The position numbers and the translations under genes were made by a program. The notes under the pieces are model-generated. The model saw only the letters and a list, made by a program, of their open reading frames with translations. It did no database searches and was not told the origin of the DNA. Positions 8,840 through 18,263 of a DNA stretch of 64,000 nucleotides are shown here, in pieces. The number at the start of each line of letters is the position of its first letter. Within the stretch, counting starts at the first letter, position 1. This DNA comes from an uncultured Eubacteriales bacterium (GTDB lineage: Bacteria; Bacillota; Clostridia; Oscillospirales; Oscillospiraceae). The stretch covers positions 1,198-65,197 of the forward strand of contig OMTF01000026.1 of assembly GCA_900313925.1 (NCBI GenBank), given 5' to 3'.

Positions 8840-9478
8840 ATGGCATCAAAACTTTATGCAGATAACACGGTCCGGGACTTTACCAAAGCGGTGGCCGATC
8901 CCGAAGGAATGCCCCAGGGAATAAGCGTGCTTGCCGCCTCTGCAGCCGGCATGACGGCGATCGCCCTGCGAGCAGCGTTAATCAGTAAGAAGGAACGTCC
9001 GGAGGGAACAAAGGATGAGCAGCTGGAAGAATGCATAAAAGTCCTGGAACTGGCGCGCGGAAATATGCTGTATCTGATGGACGACGGCATCCGCGCCGAG
9101 CAGCCGTATAAAAAATACGCGGCTTCGGATTTGACCAATACGGAAAATGTGGAGCATTTTCAGGCATCTCTGCGCGTTGCAAACACAATTCCGACCGATC
9201 TGATGTACAAAATGCAGGATCTGTCCCGCTATCTGATTTACCTTGCCGAGGAAGGCAGTCAGGAAGCTCTTGACGATACAGCGATTGCGCTGCAGCTGTG
9301 CAAGTCGGTTCTGCACGGGGCGCGCGCGGTAATTCTGGCAAGGGCGCAGAAGATGACGGATGATATTTTTGCCATGACGATTCGCAGGGAAGCGGAGATT
9401 CTTTTCCAGGAAACCCTGCCGAAAATCGACGCGGCGCTGGATACCGTCGAGGAACGGTTGAAAAGAGAGGATCCATAA
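8840..9478 (+). CDS. fchA: cyclodeaminase/cyclohydrolase family protein (FchA/FTCD C-terminal-like, methenyl-THF cyclohydrolase type)
   Basis: 212 aa, all-helical. VRDFTKAVADPEGMPQGISVLAASAAGMTAIALRAALIS resembles the FTCD_C family N-terminus. Confidence 0.8.
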   Translation: MASKLYADNTVRDFTKAVADPEGMPQGISVLAASAAGMTAIALRAALISKKERPEGTKDEQLEECIKVLELARGNMLYLMDDGIRAEQPYKKYAASDLTNTENVEHFQASLRVANTIPTDLMYKMQDLSRYLIYLAEEGSQEALDDTAIALQLCKSVLHGARAVILARAQKMTDDIFAMTIRREAEILFQETLPKIDAALDTVEERLKREDP

Positions 9479-9481
9479 GCG

Positions 9482-10300
9482 ATGCAGATTCTCTCAGTGG
9501 CCCCGATACGGGAACGGCTTTGGCAGCAGATTTCCGAGAAGAGACAGGCTCTGCAGAACACGCCCCGCCTGGCAATTCTGCGCTGCGTAGAAGGGGCGGA
9601 AACCGCGGCGGCGGAAGAAAAGATTCGCCGGGCCTGCCGGAAAGCCGAAGCGGAGGTCTGGACCGCGGCGCTGCCGAATTATATGGATGAGAGGCTTCTT
9701 GTCAAAGCCGCGCACCAGGTGGGCGTGGACCCTTCCGTGCAGGGCATCTGCGTGTTCTGCCCGGAAGCCTACGATAAAGGCCGAATCGGAGCGGCGATCG
9801 GAACCGGCAAGGACGTGGGAGGCTTCGGCTTTTCGGACGGCGGAATTTATCCTCCGTGCGCCCTGGAGGCCGTGATGCGGGTAATCGCAGCCTACGGCCT
9901 CAGCGGCAAAGGAAAAACCGCGGCGATTCTGTATCGGGATAAACCGTTTGCCGAATCGCTCGGTGCGGCGCTGGTCCAAACGGGTGCGGAGGTGAAAGTA
10001 TGCCGATGGAAGCAGCCGGGATCAGAAAAATTCTGCCAGGATGCCGAGCTTCTCATTTCAGCCGTTGGAATTCCGGGGGCGGTAGGAAGGGAATATCTTT
10101 CCAACGGACAGACCGTTCTGGACGCAGGATGCGGCATGAACCAGGAAGGGAAGATATGCGGAGACTTTGCGCGGGGAGCAGCCGAGCGGGCGGAAACAGC
10201 CGTCCTTTCCCCGGAAGGTCTGGACGCGCTTTTCCCGGAACTGCTGGTTCTGCATCTGCTGGAAGCCGCCGAAAGGCAGGAAAAAGAGAGAAATTACTGA
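9482..10300 (+). CDS. FolD-family (methylene-THF dehydrogenase/cyclohydrolase-like) protein, divergent
   Basis: 272 aa with FolD-like layout (ILRCVEG...; KDVGGFG; LLISAVGIPGAV; VLDAGCGMN). The usual GRSxxVGxP and PGGVGP motifs are not conserved. Confidence 0.75.
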   Translation: MQILSVAPIRERLWQQISEKRQALQNTPRLAILRCVEGAETAAAEEKIRRACRKAEAEVWTAALPNYMDERLLVKAAHQVGVDPSVQGICVFCPEAYDKGRIGAAIGTGKDVGGFGFSDGGIYPPCALEAVMRVIAAYGLSGKGKTAAILYRDKPFAESLGAALVQTGAEVKVCRWKQPGSEKFCQDAELLISAVGIPGAVGREYLSNGQTVLDAGCGMNQEGKICGDFARGAAERAETAVLSPEGLDALFPELLVLHLLEAAERQEKERNY

Positions 10301-10309
10301 GAAAAAAGA

Positions 10310-10338
10310 TTGACAAACACAGGGCTTTTTGCTACAGT
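10310..10338 (+). promoter_or_regulatory. sigma-A promoter of the rplJ-rplL operon
   Basis: TTGACA-N17-TACAGT. Confidence 0.6.
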
Positions 10339-10344
10339 ATGGGA

Positions 10345-10450
10345 GCGCTCCAAAGACAGCAGGTCGGGCAACTGTAAATCCTGCCGAGGAAAGCAAACGA
10401 AATGCTTATTGCCTCTGTCGTCTTCGGATAGACAGAGGTTTTTCTTTTGA
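10345..10450 (+). promoter_or_regulatory. ribosomal protein L10 leader-type cis-regulatory RNA with attenuator hairpin
   Basis: An untranslated leader of about 130 nt lies between the promoter and the rplJ SD. It ends in GCCTCTGTC-(N11)-GACAGAGGT plus TTTTTCTTTT (10411-10448), the arrangement known for Firmicutes rplJ leaders. No covariance-model search was run. Confidence 0.55.
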
Positions 10451-10479
10451 GCGTGAATTTCATTGTGGAGGTGAAACAC

Positions 10480-11019
10480 ATGCCGAACGCCAAAGCTCTG
10501 GAAGAGAAGAAGGCGGTTGTCGATGCGCTGACGCAGCGCCTGCAGAACTCGGAATCGGGCGTCTTTGTTGATTACAAGGGCATTACCGTGGAGGAGGATA
10601 CGGCGCTTCGCGCAGAGATGCGCAAGGAGGAAGTGGAGTATTCCGTCATCAAGAATACGCTCCTTCGATTCGCACTGAAGAATGCCGGACTTGAAGATCT
10701 CGAGTCGATTCTCAGCGGCAGCACATCGCTTGCTACGGCAAAGGGTGATCCGATTGCACCCTTCCGGATTCTTGCGGATTATTCTCAGAAGCTGGGCGAT
10801 GACCGCTTCAACATCAAAGCGGCATTCATGGACGGGGCCGTACTGCCGAAAGAGGCAATTATGGAACTGTCGAAGCTTCCTTCCAAGGAAGGACTTCTCT
10901 CTGTGGTTCTTGGGACGATGCTGGCTCCGATTACAAGCCTGGCCGTAGTTCTGGACCAGATCGCGAAAAAACAGGGCGCCCCCGCCGCTGCGGCGGAAGC
11001 CGAACCGGCAGCGGAATAA
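10480..11019 (+). CDS. rplJ: 50S ribosomal protein L10
   Basis: [44 protein letters not shown] is typical of L10. SD GGAGGTG lies 7 nt upstream of ATG 10480. Confidence 0.95.
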   Translation: MPNAKALEEKKAVVDALTQRLQNSESGVFVDYKGITVEEDTALRAEMRKEEVEYSVIKNTLLRFALKNAGLEDLESILSGSTSLATAKGDPIAPFRILADYSQKLGDDRFNIKAAFMDGAVLPKEAIMELSKLPSKEGLLSVVLGTMLAPITSLAVVLDQIAKKQGAPAAAAEAEPAAE

Positions 11020-11062
11020 AAAACGAGCGCTGCACGAAAAATTATTAATGGAGGAAAAAATT

Positions 11063-11440
11063 ATGGCTAGCGAAAAAGTTACAGCCGTTATAGAAGAAAT
11101 CAAAGGGCTGACCGTTCTTGAACTCAGCGAACTTGTCCATGAGCTGGAGGAAACCTTCGGCGTTTCTGCAGCCGCTGCAGCCGCACCGGCCTCCGCCGCT
11201 GCCGCCGCTCCGGCAGAAGAAGAGAAATCCGAGTTTGATGTTGTTATGACCTCCTTCGGAGCGAACAAGATCGCTGTTATTAAGGAAGTCCGTACCATCA
11301 CGGGTCTCGGTCTGAAGGAAGCGAAGGACCTCGTCGAGAGTGCTCCGAACGCGAAGATCAAGGAAGGCGCAAACAAGGACGAAGCCGAAGAGATCAAGGC
11401 AAAACTGGAAGGCGCCGGCGCAACCGTAGAGCTCAAGTAA
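11063..11440 (+). CDS. rplL: 50S ribosomal protein L7/L12
   Basis: [34 protein letters not shown], an Ala-rich hinge, then [31 protein letters not shown] lies upstream of ATG 11063. Confidence 0.95.
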   Translation: MASEKVTAVIEEIKGLTVLELSELVHELEETFGVSAAAAAAPASAAAAAPAEEEKSEFDVVMTSFGANKIAVIKEVRTITGLGLKEAKDLVESAPNAKIKEGANKDEAEEIKAKLEGAGATVELK

Positions 11441-11453
11441 AAAGAATTCAGAA

Positions 11454-11476
11454 GGAAAAGATCCGATATCTTTTCC
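11454..11476. terminator. possible terminator hairpin between convergent rplL and the MBL hydrolase gene
   Basis: GGAAAAGAT-CCGAT-ATCTTTTCC. There is no clean T-run on the plus strand and a T-rich tract on the minus strand. Confidence 0.35.
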
Positions 11477-11602
11477 GAAAAGCAAAGCGAACCCCACAAG
11501 CGGGATATCAAAGCAGGCCTCAGGATGGGCAGGAAACGGAAGGTTTGAAGCCCATGGAGAGGAAGCCGCTTTTCCGTGTGCGGGGTTCGTTTATTTCCTA
11601 AG

Positions 11603-12223
11603 TTAATTCATATGCATCGCCTGACGGCAGTAATAGTTAAAGTTGCGTTCCCGCTCCAGTGTGGAAGCGTCCATGTGACCGGGATAGACATCATATTCCC
11701 CGGGAAGCTCGCACAGGCGCTTTAAGCTCCGCAGCTCCTGCATCATGTCGCCGCCGGGAAGATCCGTCCGCCCGCAGCTTCCGCGGAATAGCGTATCCCC
11801 ACAGAAAATGGCGTCTTCGCACACCAGCGTGGTGCCGCCGGGCGTGTGTCCGGGCGTATACAGCACGGTAAAGTCAAGGCCGGCAAGATGAAGAATCTGC
11901 CCGTCTTTTTCGTAGTAGTGCACGCCGGCGGGGGCTTGAAATCCGGGCCCGGCCGTTCCGGCAGGGGCGGCCGCTGTATCCAGGCGGTTGAGATACACCG
12001 GAGCGCCCGTCTGCTCCATGACGGGGATGAGGGCTCCCGTATGATCCCAGTGCGCATGGGTTAGAAGTATCGCGCGGCAGGAGAGGCTGTTGTCCTCCAG
12101 ATAATCCATAATCGTATTGGATTCATCCCCGGGATCAATGACAACGCACTCCAGCGTTTTTTCATTCGTAACGATGTAGCAGTTGGTTTCCAACTGGCCG
12201 ACAGGTAAACACTTGACTAGCAT
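11603..12223 (-). CDS. MBL-fold metallo-hydrolase (glyoxalase II-like)
   Basis: 206 aa with the LLTHAHWDHTG (HxHxDH) motif and downstream GHTPGG. SD GGGAGGAC is present. Confidence 0.85.
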   Translation of the reverse strand: MLVKCLPVGQLETNCYIVTNEKTLECVVIDPGDESNTIMDYLEDNSLSCRAILLTHAHWDHTGALIPVMEQTGAPVYLNRLDTAAAPAGTAGPGFQAPAGVHYYEKDGQILHLAGLDFTVLYTPGHTPGGTTLVCEDAIFCGDTLFRGSCGRTDLPGGDMMQELRSLKRLCELPGEYDVYPGHMDASTLERERNFNYYCRQAMHMN

Positions 12224-12234
12224 ATTTGTCCTCC

Positions 12235-12681
12235 CTATAGTTCGGTACTGTCCAGCAGAATAGTTACGGGACCGTCATTCACGGAATGAACAAGCATATA
12301 TTCGCCGAAGACGCCGGTTTGAACCGAAAAACCTTTTTCCCGGCATAGACGGACGACTTTTTCATAAAGGGGAACGGCGGTTTCCGCCTTCGCGGCTTTA
12401 TTAAAGCTGGGACGCCGGGACTTTTTGCAGTCGGCAAACAGCGTAAACTGACTTACAATCAGAATCTCTCCGCCGATCGCGGCAAGATTCCGATTCATTT
12501 TTCCCTGTTCGTCGGCAAAGACCCGGAGACCGCAGATTCGGTCGGCAATCTTTTCCGCGTCCGCCGCGGTATCCTCTTCCCGAACGCCCAGTAAAACGAG
12601 AAATCCTTTCCCAATGGAAGAAAAAACGCGGCCGGCAACATCCACCGACGCAGACTGAACGCAGGTAACAACTGCACGCAT
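12235..12681 (-). CDS. dtd: D-aminoacyl-tRNA deacylase
   Basis: MRAVVTCVQSASVDV...GKGFLVLLGV...SQFTLFADCKKSRRPSF...NDGPVTILLDS is typical of Dtd. Start at 12681 is preceded by CAGGAGGAAATCCC; the longer ORF extension overlaps relA. Confidence 0.92.
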   Translation of the reverse strand: MRAVVTCVQSASVDVAGRVFSSIGKGFLVLLGVREEDTAADAEKIADRICGLRVFADEQGKMNRNLAAIGGEILIVSQFTLFADCKKSRRPSFNKAAKAETAVPLYEKVVRLCREKGFSVQTGVFGEYMLVHSVNDGPVTILLDSTEL

Positions 12682-12703
12682 GGGATTTCCTCCTGCTTTT
12701 CGA

Positions 12704-14986
12704 TTATTTCGTTCGGCGCTCCACAGAGGAAACACCATGAATTCCGGAGAGCTTTTTCTCAATTTTCTGCAGCTCTTCCAAGTCTTTGACTTCCAACGTG
12801 ATGGAGCAGAGTGATTTGCCATCGCTGGTATCCTGCGCATGCAGGGCATGCACCTTGGCATTGATTGCGTTCAGTGCGGTGGCGATTTCCATCAGCGTAC
12901 CGGCCTGGCTGGAAAACGTGACTAAAAGCGTGGTCGTGTAGGTATCGCTGATTTCCTCCGCCCAGCTGACGGGAATCCATCGTCCGGCATCTTCGGGGGC
13001 TTTTGAGCGGCGCAGGTAGTTCGGACAGTCCTTCCGGTGGATGGAAACGCCCTGACCGTGGGTAATGTAGCCGATGATGTCATCCCCGGGAATCGGGGTG
13101 CAACACCGGGAAAATTTGATAAGCACGTTGTCAAGGCCGGCAACAAGAACGCCGTGCACCGGCTTCCCCGTGGCTTTCTGGGACTGCTGCACGCGACGTT
13201 CCGCCGCTTCGTTGACCTTGTCCAGCGCGGTCTTCCGGTCGGAGGTTTTCTGAATCCGCACCAGCTCATCGTACATGCGGTTTACCGCACGGGTAGCGGT
13301 CATGCCGCCATATCCGATGGCGGCGTACATATCGTCGATATTCGAATAGGAAATCTTCTTCAGCAGCGCGGGCAGCACCGATTCATTGGTGAAATCCTCC
13401 ACATGCAGGCCACGGCTGCGGATTTCCCGCTCAAACATATCCTTGCCGGTCGCGACGTTTTCCTCCCGCCGTTCCTTTTTAAACCACTGCTTGATTTTCG
13501 CGCGGGCGGACCCGCTTTTCGCCATATGCAGCCAGTCGCGGCTCGGACCGGGCGAGTTTTTCGAGGTCCGGATTTCCACCACGTCACCATTCTGCAGGAC
13601 ATGGTCGAAGGTGACGATACGTCCGTTTACGGTAGCGCCGACCATGGAATTTCCAACACCGGAGTGTATACTGTAGGCAAAATCAATCGGTGTTGCCCCC
13701 GCCGGAAGATTGATTGCGTCTCCTTTTGGAGAGAAAACGAAAACCTCATCGGAAAACATGTCGATCTTCAGGTTATGGAAGAAGTCCGAGGCTTCCGAAT
13801 CCTGCTGGCTTTCCAGAAGGCGCCGAATCCAGGCGTAGCTTTCTTCGTCGCCGGTCTTGACGGAAACGTCCCCCATCTTGTATTTCCAATGTGCGGCAAC
13901 GCCGTATTCGGCGGTGCGGTGCATGTCCCAGGTGCGGATCTGCACTTCGAAGGGAATGCCTTCTGAGCCGATGACCGTGGTATGCACGGACTGGTACATA
14001 TTGGGCTTCGGGGTAGAGATGTAATCCTTGAAACGACCGGGAACCGGCTTATACATATCGTGAATAATGCCGAGCACGTTATAGCAGTCCGGAATCGTAT
14101 CCACGATGACCCGGAACGCGCACAGATCGAAAATGCCGTTAATCGGAAGATTCTGCGAGTACATCTTGCGGTAGATGCTGTAGATGTGCTTGATGCGGCA
14201 GAAAACAGAGCAGTGCACGTTCACTTCGGCAAGGCGCGCTTCGATTTCGCCCTGGATTTTATCCATAAATTTCTGGAGCGTCGGCATCCGAGCGTCCAGA
14301 ACATCCGTAATTTCCTTGTATCCAGTGGGATCCAGGTATTTCAGCGAGAGGTCCTCCAATTCCCATTTGGCCCGCTGCAGGCCGAGCCGGTGGGCGATGG
14401 GGGCATAGACCTCCATAGTCTCCAGGGATTTTGAACGCTGCTTTTCCTCGGTCTGGTATTCCATGGTCCGCATATTATGGGTGCGGTCCGCAATTTTAAT
14501 CAGGATAACCCGGATATCCTTAGACATCGCCAGAAGCATCTTCCGCATATTCTCCATCTGCAGATCTTCCATATTTGTATACTGCACGCGGGTAAGCTTG
14601 GTGACGCCTTCCACGAGATCGGCGACCGAGGGGCCGAACTGTTTCTGGATATCCTCGTAGCCAAGATCGGTATCTTCAATAATATCGTGCAGGAGCGTTG
14701 CGACGATAGAATCCTCGTCGAGCCCCATATCCACCGCGATCTCCGCGGCGGCGACGCAATGCGTGACATACGGCGAGCCTTCCTTGCGGAATTGACCTTC
14801 GTGAGCGGCTTTCGCCATCTCATACGCTGCACGGATGCGATTCATGTCCATTTTGACGCCGCCGGCTTCAATCTTTTTTTCCAAATCGGCATACATGACA
14901 TCCGGATCCAGCCCGCCCTTCGAGGCGGGAACCGACGCCGGTGCAGCGGCCGGCAGCTTTTCGTAGATCACAGTGTCGTCAGACAT
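12704..14986 (-). CDS. relA: bifunctional (p)ppGpp synthetase/hydrolase, RelA/SpoT family
   Basis: Contains an HD hydrolase domain (HDIIEDT), a synthetase domain (DLCAFRVIV..YISTPKPNMYQSVHTTV..EVQIRT), and TGS and ACT regions. Start MSDDTV at 14986 follows AAGGAGGTGG. Confidence 0.95.
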   Translation of the reverse strand: MSDDTVIYEKLPAAAPASVPASKGGLDPDVMYADLEKKIEAGGVKMDMNRIRAAYEMAKAAHEGQFRKEGSPYVTHCVAAAEIAVDMGLDEDSIVATLLHDIIEDTDLGYEDIQKQFGPSVADLVEGVTKLTRVQYTNMEDLQMENMRKMLLAMSKDIRVILIKIADRTHNMRTMEYQTEEKQRSKSLETMEVYAPIAHRLGLQRAKWELEDLSLKYLDPTGYKEITDVLDARMPTLQKFMDKIQGEIEARLAEVNVHCSVFCRIKHIYSIYRKMYSQNLPINGIFDLCAFRVIVDTIPDCYNVLGIIHDMYKPVPGRFKDYISTPKPNMYQSVHTTVIGSEGIPFEVQIRTWDMHRTAEYGVAAHWKYKMGDVSVKTGDEESYAWIRRLLESQQDSEASDFFHNLKIDMFSDEVFVFSPKGDAINLPAGATPIDFAYSIHSGVGNSMVGATVNGRIVTFDHVLQNGDVVEIRTSKNSPGPSRDWLHMAKSGSARAKIKQWFKKERREENVATGKDMFEREIRSRGLHVEDFTNESVLPALLKKISYSNIDDMYAAIGYGGMTATRAVNRMYDELVRIQKTSDRKTALDKVNEAAERRVQQSQKATGKPVHGVLVAGLDNVLIKFSRCCTPIPGDDIIGYITHGQGVSIHRKDCPNYLRRSKAPEDAGRWIPVSWAEEISDTYTTTLLVTFSSQAGTLMEIATALNAINAKVHALHAQDTSDGKSLCSITLEVKDLEELQKIEKKLSGIHGVSSVERRTK

Positions 14987-14999
14987 GAACCCACCTCCT

Positions 15000-17024
15000 T
15001 CAGATTGCCGCATGCTGCAGCTGCCGCAGCAGGGCGGAGTCGTTCAGCTCGATTTTTTTATGCGGATCGATGACGGCACCGCAGAGAGATCCGCCGGCAC
15101 TGGGGCGGAGAAGCCCCTGTTCCAGGAAAACTGCACAGCAGAGACAGAAGGTTTCCGGTGCCATGTCCGCTGGACAGAGATCAATAATTTCCCGGATGCT
15201 CTCCGCCGGGCATCCGTTTTCCGCCCGCAGAACCTTCCAGCATTCGATAAAATCTTCCCGGCCCCGTGGAACATAGCGTTTTGCGAAGGGCAGGCAGTCG
15301 TCCGACCCTTCCAGGATAGAAGAGCACAGCTCGCTCCCGTCATGCGGGCGCACGTCGAGAACCCGCAGCTGCACGGACGTATTTCCCCGGTATGTATTGA
15401 GCTGCGGCGTAAAGGCCAAATCGATGGAATCTCCCGCCTGCACATCCAATGCGGACGGAGGGCAGGAGAAAAAGGGACAGGAGAACGCCTGATTCCCGAA
15501 CCGTATCTGCAGACGGGAGTGCTTTCCGTCCTTCATGGGGTAGATGTTCTGCAGAAGGACGTCGGAAAGGCAGAATACCGGCGCAGGATTGCCGCATCCC
15601 TGCGGCTCTGCCTGCCCGAGGGAAGCGACCTGATCCGTACGGAGCAAAGCCGGATTTTCAATGATAAAATCGCAGTGCAGCGTAGATGGGGGCGCCGGAT
15701 GCTCCCGATAATAAGCCGCGAGAGCTGCGCGGAAGGAATCGATATTTTCCTCCCGGATGGTAAGTCCCGCCGCCGCCGCGTGTCCGCCAAAGCCTTCCAG
15801 GTAGGAGGAGCAGGCGGCTAAAGCATCGAAAATGTTAAATCCTTCCGGGCTTCTGCAGGAACCTTTTCCGACTCCGTCATGCAAATAGATCATGACCGTC
15901 GGAACGCCGTATTGATCCGAAAGCCGGGAGGCGACAATTCCTATCACGCCGGGATGCCAGTCCCCGCTAGCAAGGACGATGGGCGCGTCCTTCTCCTCTT
16001 CCGTCAGAATACGTTCCGCGTCCTCCAGGATTTCCGCTTCGATATCCTGCCGTCTGCGGTTCAGGGCACAGAGATTTTCCGCATAACCCTGCGCTTGCAG
16101 CGGATCGGTGCAGTTCAGAAGCTGCCAGGCGGCGGCTACATCGCCAAGGCGTCCAGCAGCATTAATGCGCGGAGCGATGCCGAATCCGACGCGGGAAGAC
16201 GTGGCCGGCCCGTCCGAAACGCCGCAGGCCTGCATCAGAGCAGAAAACCCGATCGTAGGCGAGGAGGAAAGCTTTTCCAGGCCTTCCTTCACCACGCACC
16301 GGTTTTCCGAGCTGAGCTCCATCACATCGGCAATGGTTCCGACCGCAATGTAATCAGCGTAAGTCCGGAGCGTCTGCAGAGTATCTCCGTCCATAGCGGA
16401 CAGCAGCTTCCAGGCGACGCCGATTCCCGCAAGGTCCGCGTTGGGATACGTGTCATCCGGCCGCATGGGATCGATAACGGCGGCCGCGTCCGGGAGAGCG
16501 CCGGACTGGCACTCATGATGATCGGTGATGATAACATCCATGCCAAGTTCCTGGGCGTGGGCGACCTCCTCTACGGCGGTAACGCCGCAGTCTACGGTAA
16601 TAATCAGAGAAACACCCTTTTCATGCAGCGTGTCCATCGCTTCACGGTTCAGGCCGTACCCTTCCTCCAGACGATTCGGAATATACGGAACGACGGAAAC
16701 GCCTTTTTTCTTAAGCCACTGGGAAACAATGCAGGTGGAAGTAATTCCGTCCACGTCGTAATCGCCGTAGACCGCGATCTTTTCTCCGTTCTTCAAGCCG
16801 AGCTGCAGTCTCTCACAGGCCTTGTCCATATCCTTCAGAAGAAAGGGGTCGTGTAGTGATTCGATGCCGCTGCCAAGAAACCGCCGGACCTCTTCCCGGG
16901 AGGAAAAGCCACGCTCGGCAAGCAGGAGCTTCAGAAGTTCCGGGAGATTTTCCGAGGAAAGTTCCGGGGAGACCGTCGGATATTTGTATTTTAAGTTCCA
17001 TTTCCTATACTTCATCTTCCGCAT
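15000..17024 (-). CDS. recJ: single-stranded-DNA-specific exonuclease RecJ
   Basis: DHH motifs (VYGDYDVDGITS, ITVDCG, IITDHH) plus DHHA1 (GGHAAAAG). The start could also be M4 at 17015. Confidence 0.93.
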   Translation of the reverse strand: MRKMKYRKWNLKYKYPTVSPELSSENLPELLKLLLAERGFSSREEVRRFLGSGIESLHDPFLLKDMDKACERLQLGLKNGEKIAVYGDYDVDGITSTCIVSQWLKKKGVSVVPYIPNRLEEGYGLNREAMDTLHEKGVSLIITVDCGVTAVEEVAHAQELGMDVIITDHHECQSGALPDAAAVIDPMRPDDTYPNADLAGIGVAWKLLSAMDGDTLQTLRTYADYIAVGTIADVMELSSENRCVVKEGLEKLSSSPTIGFSALMQACGVSDGPATSSRVGFGIAPRINAAGRLGDVAAAWQLLNCTDPLQAQGYAENLCALNRRRQDIEAEILEDAERILTEEEKDAPIVLASGDWHPGVIGIVASRLSDQYGVPTVMIYLHDGVGKGSCRSPEGFNIFDALAACSSYLEGFGGHAAAAGLTIREENIDSFRAALAAYYREHPAPPSTLHCDFIIENPALLRTDQVASLGQAEPQGCGNPAPVFCLSDVLLQNIYPMKDGKHSRLQIRFGNQAFSCPFFSCPPSALDVQAGDSIDLAFTPQLNTYRGNTSVQLRVLDVRPHDGSELCSSILEGSDDCLPFAKRYVPRGREDFIECWKVLRAENGCPAESIREIIDLCPADMAPETFCLCCAVFLEQGLLRPSAGGSLCGAVIDPHKKIELNDSALLRQLQHAAI

Positions 17025-17169
17025 TCTTTCTCATAAAGTTATTTTGTTATTATAGCAAGAAACAGATATGTCCGCAAGGGCGCGGAGCCACGATAAAAAA
17101 GACGCAAAACCCTTGAAATTAAGCGAAAAGAAGGCGAGGCAGCAAAGGCACCGAGACCGGCTGGAATTC

Positions 17170-17198
17170 TTGACACGGTAATGCAATGGTGATAAATT
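17170..17198 (+). promoter_or_regulatory. sigma-A promoter for tRNA-Leu
   Basis: TTGACA-N17-TAAATT, ending about 10 nt before the tRNA 5' end. Confidence 0.55.
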
Positions 17199-17208
17199 AT
17201 TTGCGCGT

Positions 17209-17297
17209 GCCGGTATGGCGGAATTGGCAGACGCAAGGGACTTAAAATCCCTCGGTGATAACACACCGTGCCGGTTCGACCCCGGCTACCGGCACCA
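17209..17297 (+). tRNA. tRNA-Leu (anticodon UAA), encoded CCA
   Basis: - acceptor stem GCCGGTA/TACCGGC
- anticodon stem AGGGA/TCCCT with loop CTTAAAA
- long variable arm CGGTGATAACACACCGT
- T-arm GCCGG-TTCGACC-CCGGC
- discriminator A followed by CCA. Confidence 0.93.
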
Positions 17298-17301
17298 GCA
17301 G

Positions 17302-17343
17302 AAACCCGCGGTTCCCTTGCGATATGGGAAACTGCGGGTTTTG
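17302..17343 (+). terminator. intrinsic terminator after tRNA-Leu
   Basis: AAACCCGCGGTTCCC ... GGGAAACTGCGGGTTTT: a stem of about 14 bp with one bulge, followed by a T-run. Confidence 0.6.
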
Positions 17344-17645
17344 AAAATATGCAGCACTCGCAGGGATATGAACCCTCTTTACTGGGCACTCTAACCAATA
17401 AAGAGGGGATTTTCATAGGCTCCCCGCGTACACGAAAGGGAACTGCGGCGATATGTACCTAGGTGGGAGCAGTGCCGCAACATCGGAGGATGTCCTCCAT
17501 AGAACCTGAGGCCGAAGAATCAAGCGATAGAACCTTTCAGAGCGTGTTGCAGCCAGGGCATAAAAAAATACCGCAAGAGAAAACAGGCAGTAGGGAGGCG
17601 AACAAGACGGAGAACTTTGCCCCGGAGATGCTTTTCAGGTTAAGC

Positions 17646-18170
17646 TCAAGTAATGCGGAGCAGATCCCGGACAAGAAAACCAAACATAAAGGCTGCTTCC
17701 GCGTGTTCCGTCAGCCTCCCTGATAGGAGACGCGCTTTGAAGGAAGCCCATGCAGCCGTGAAAGCCTCCTCAATATGCGTTCGCCCACGATAGACACAGC
17801 GCTTTTTTCGTCTCGCATATTTAATTTGCTTGAATTTGCTTGTCACGAATGCGTAGCAGTCGCCGTATTTTCCTTTTGCAGGCTCCTGCAACAACCGAAA
17901 AATGCAGCTGCAAAGAAAGACGTTTTTTATTGCAACAAACCTATTTTTCTTCTTCCCAACTCTTCTCCTTATCCAGAACCGGCGATGCGCCGCATGAAAA
18001 TTCGCAGGATTTCCTGTCAACGGAAAGATTTCGAACATAGGCGGCATGGCCGTTGCGATGACACGGGAGGAGTTCTTTGGATTTCAGATCAGGTCTTCTG
18101 CGCCGGCCGTGACAGCCGCCCGGCTCTGCGCGTTTTGACGCCGATACGGCAGATCCAGGAGAGCAAACGC
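17646..18170 (-). mobile_element. possible degraded DDE-transposase remnant (multi-frame, no intact ORF)
   Basis: The minus-strand translation contains ...YRGRTHIEEAFTAAWASFKARLLSGRLTEHAEAAFMFGFLVRDLLRI*. This resembles the Y..R..IE..F...K...R......F.....L C-terminal signature of IS4/IS5/IS1380-type transposases. Upstream fragments lie in other frames. The match is weak and motif-level only. Confidence 0.3.
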
Positions 18171-18194
18171 TAAGGGAAATTTTCCGCAAAAATA

Positions 18195-18223
18195 TTGATA
18201 ACGCACATATTTAATATTAAAAT
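18195..18223 (+). promoter_or_regulatory. candidate sigma-A promoter of the giant adhesin gene
   Basis: TTGATA-N17-TAAAAT inside a strongly AT-rich island (about 18180-18290) in otherwise GC-rich DNA. It lies about 100 nt upstream of ATG 18320. Confidence 0.45.
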
Positions 18224-18230
18224 AATATAA

Positions 18231-18263
18231 TTTGATAGAAAAAAGTTTGATAGATTTGATAGA
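18231..18263 (+). promoter_or_regulatory. three direct copies of TTTGATAGA (candidate operator) just downstream of the candidate -10
   Basis: Exact 9-mers at 18231-18239, 18246-18254 and 18255-18263. Confidence 0.55.

Noticed and set aside
17345-17700. A structured RNA (group II intron fragment or other ncRNA) downstream of tRNA-Leu.
   Set aside because: I found no GUGYG 5' end, domain V-like hairpin or other diagnostic motif by eye. The region is left unannotated apart from the weak transposase-like signal further downstream.
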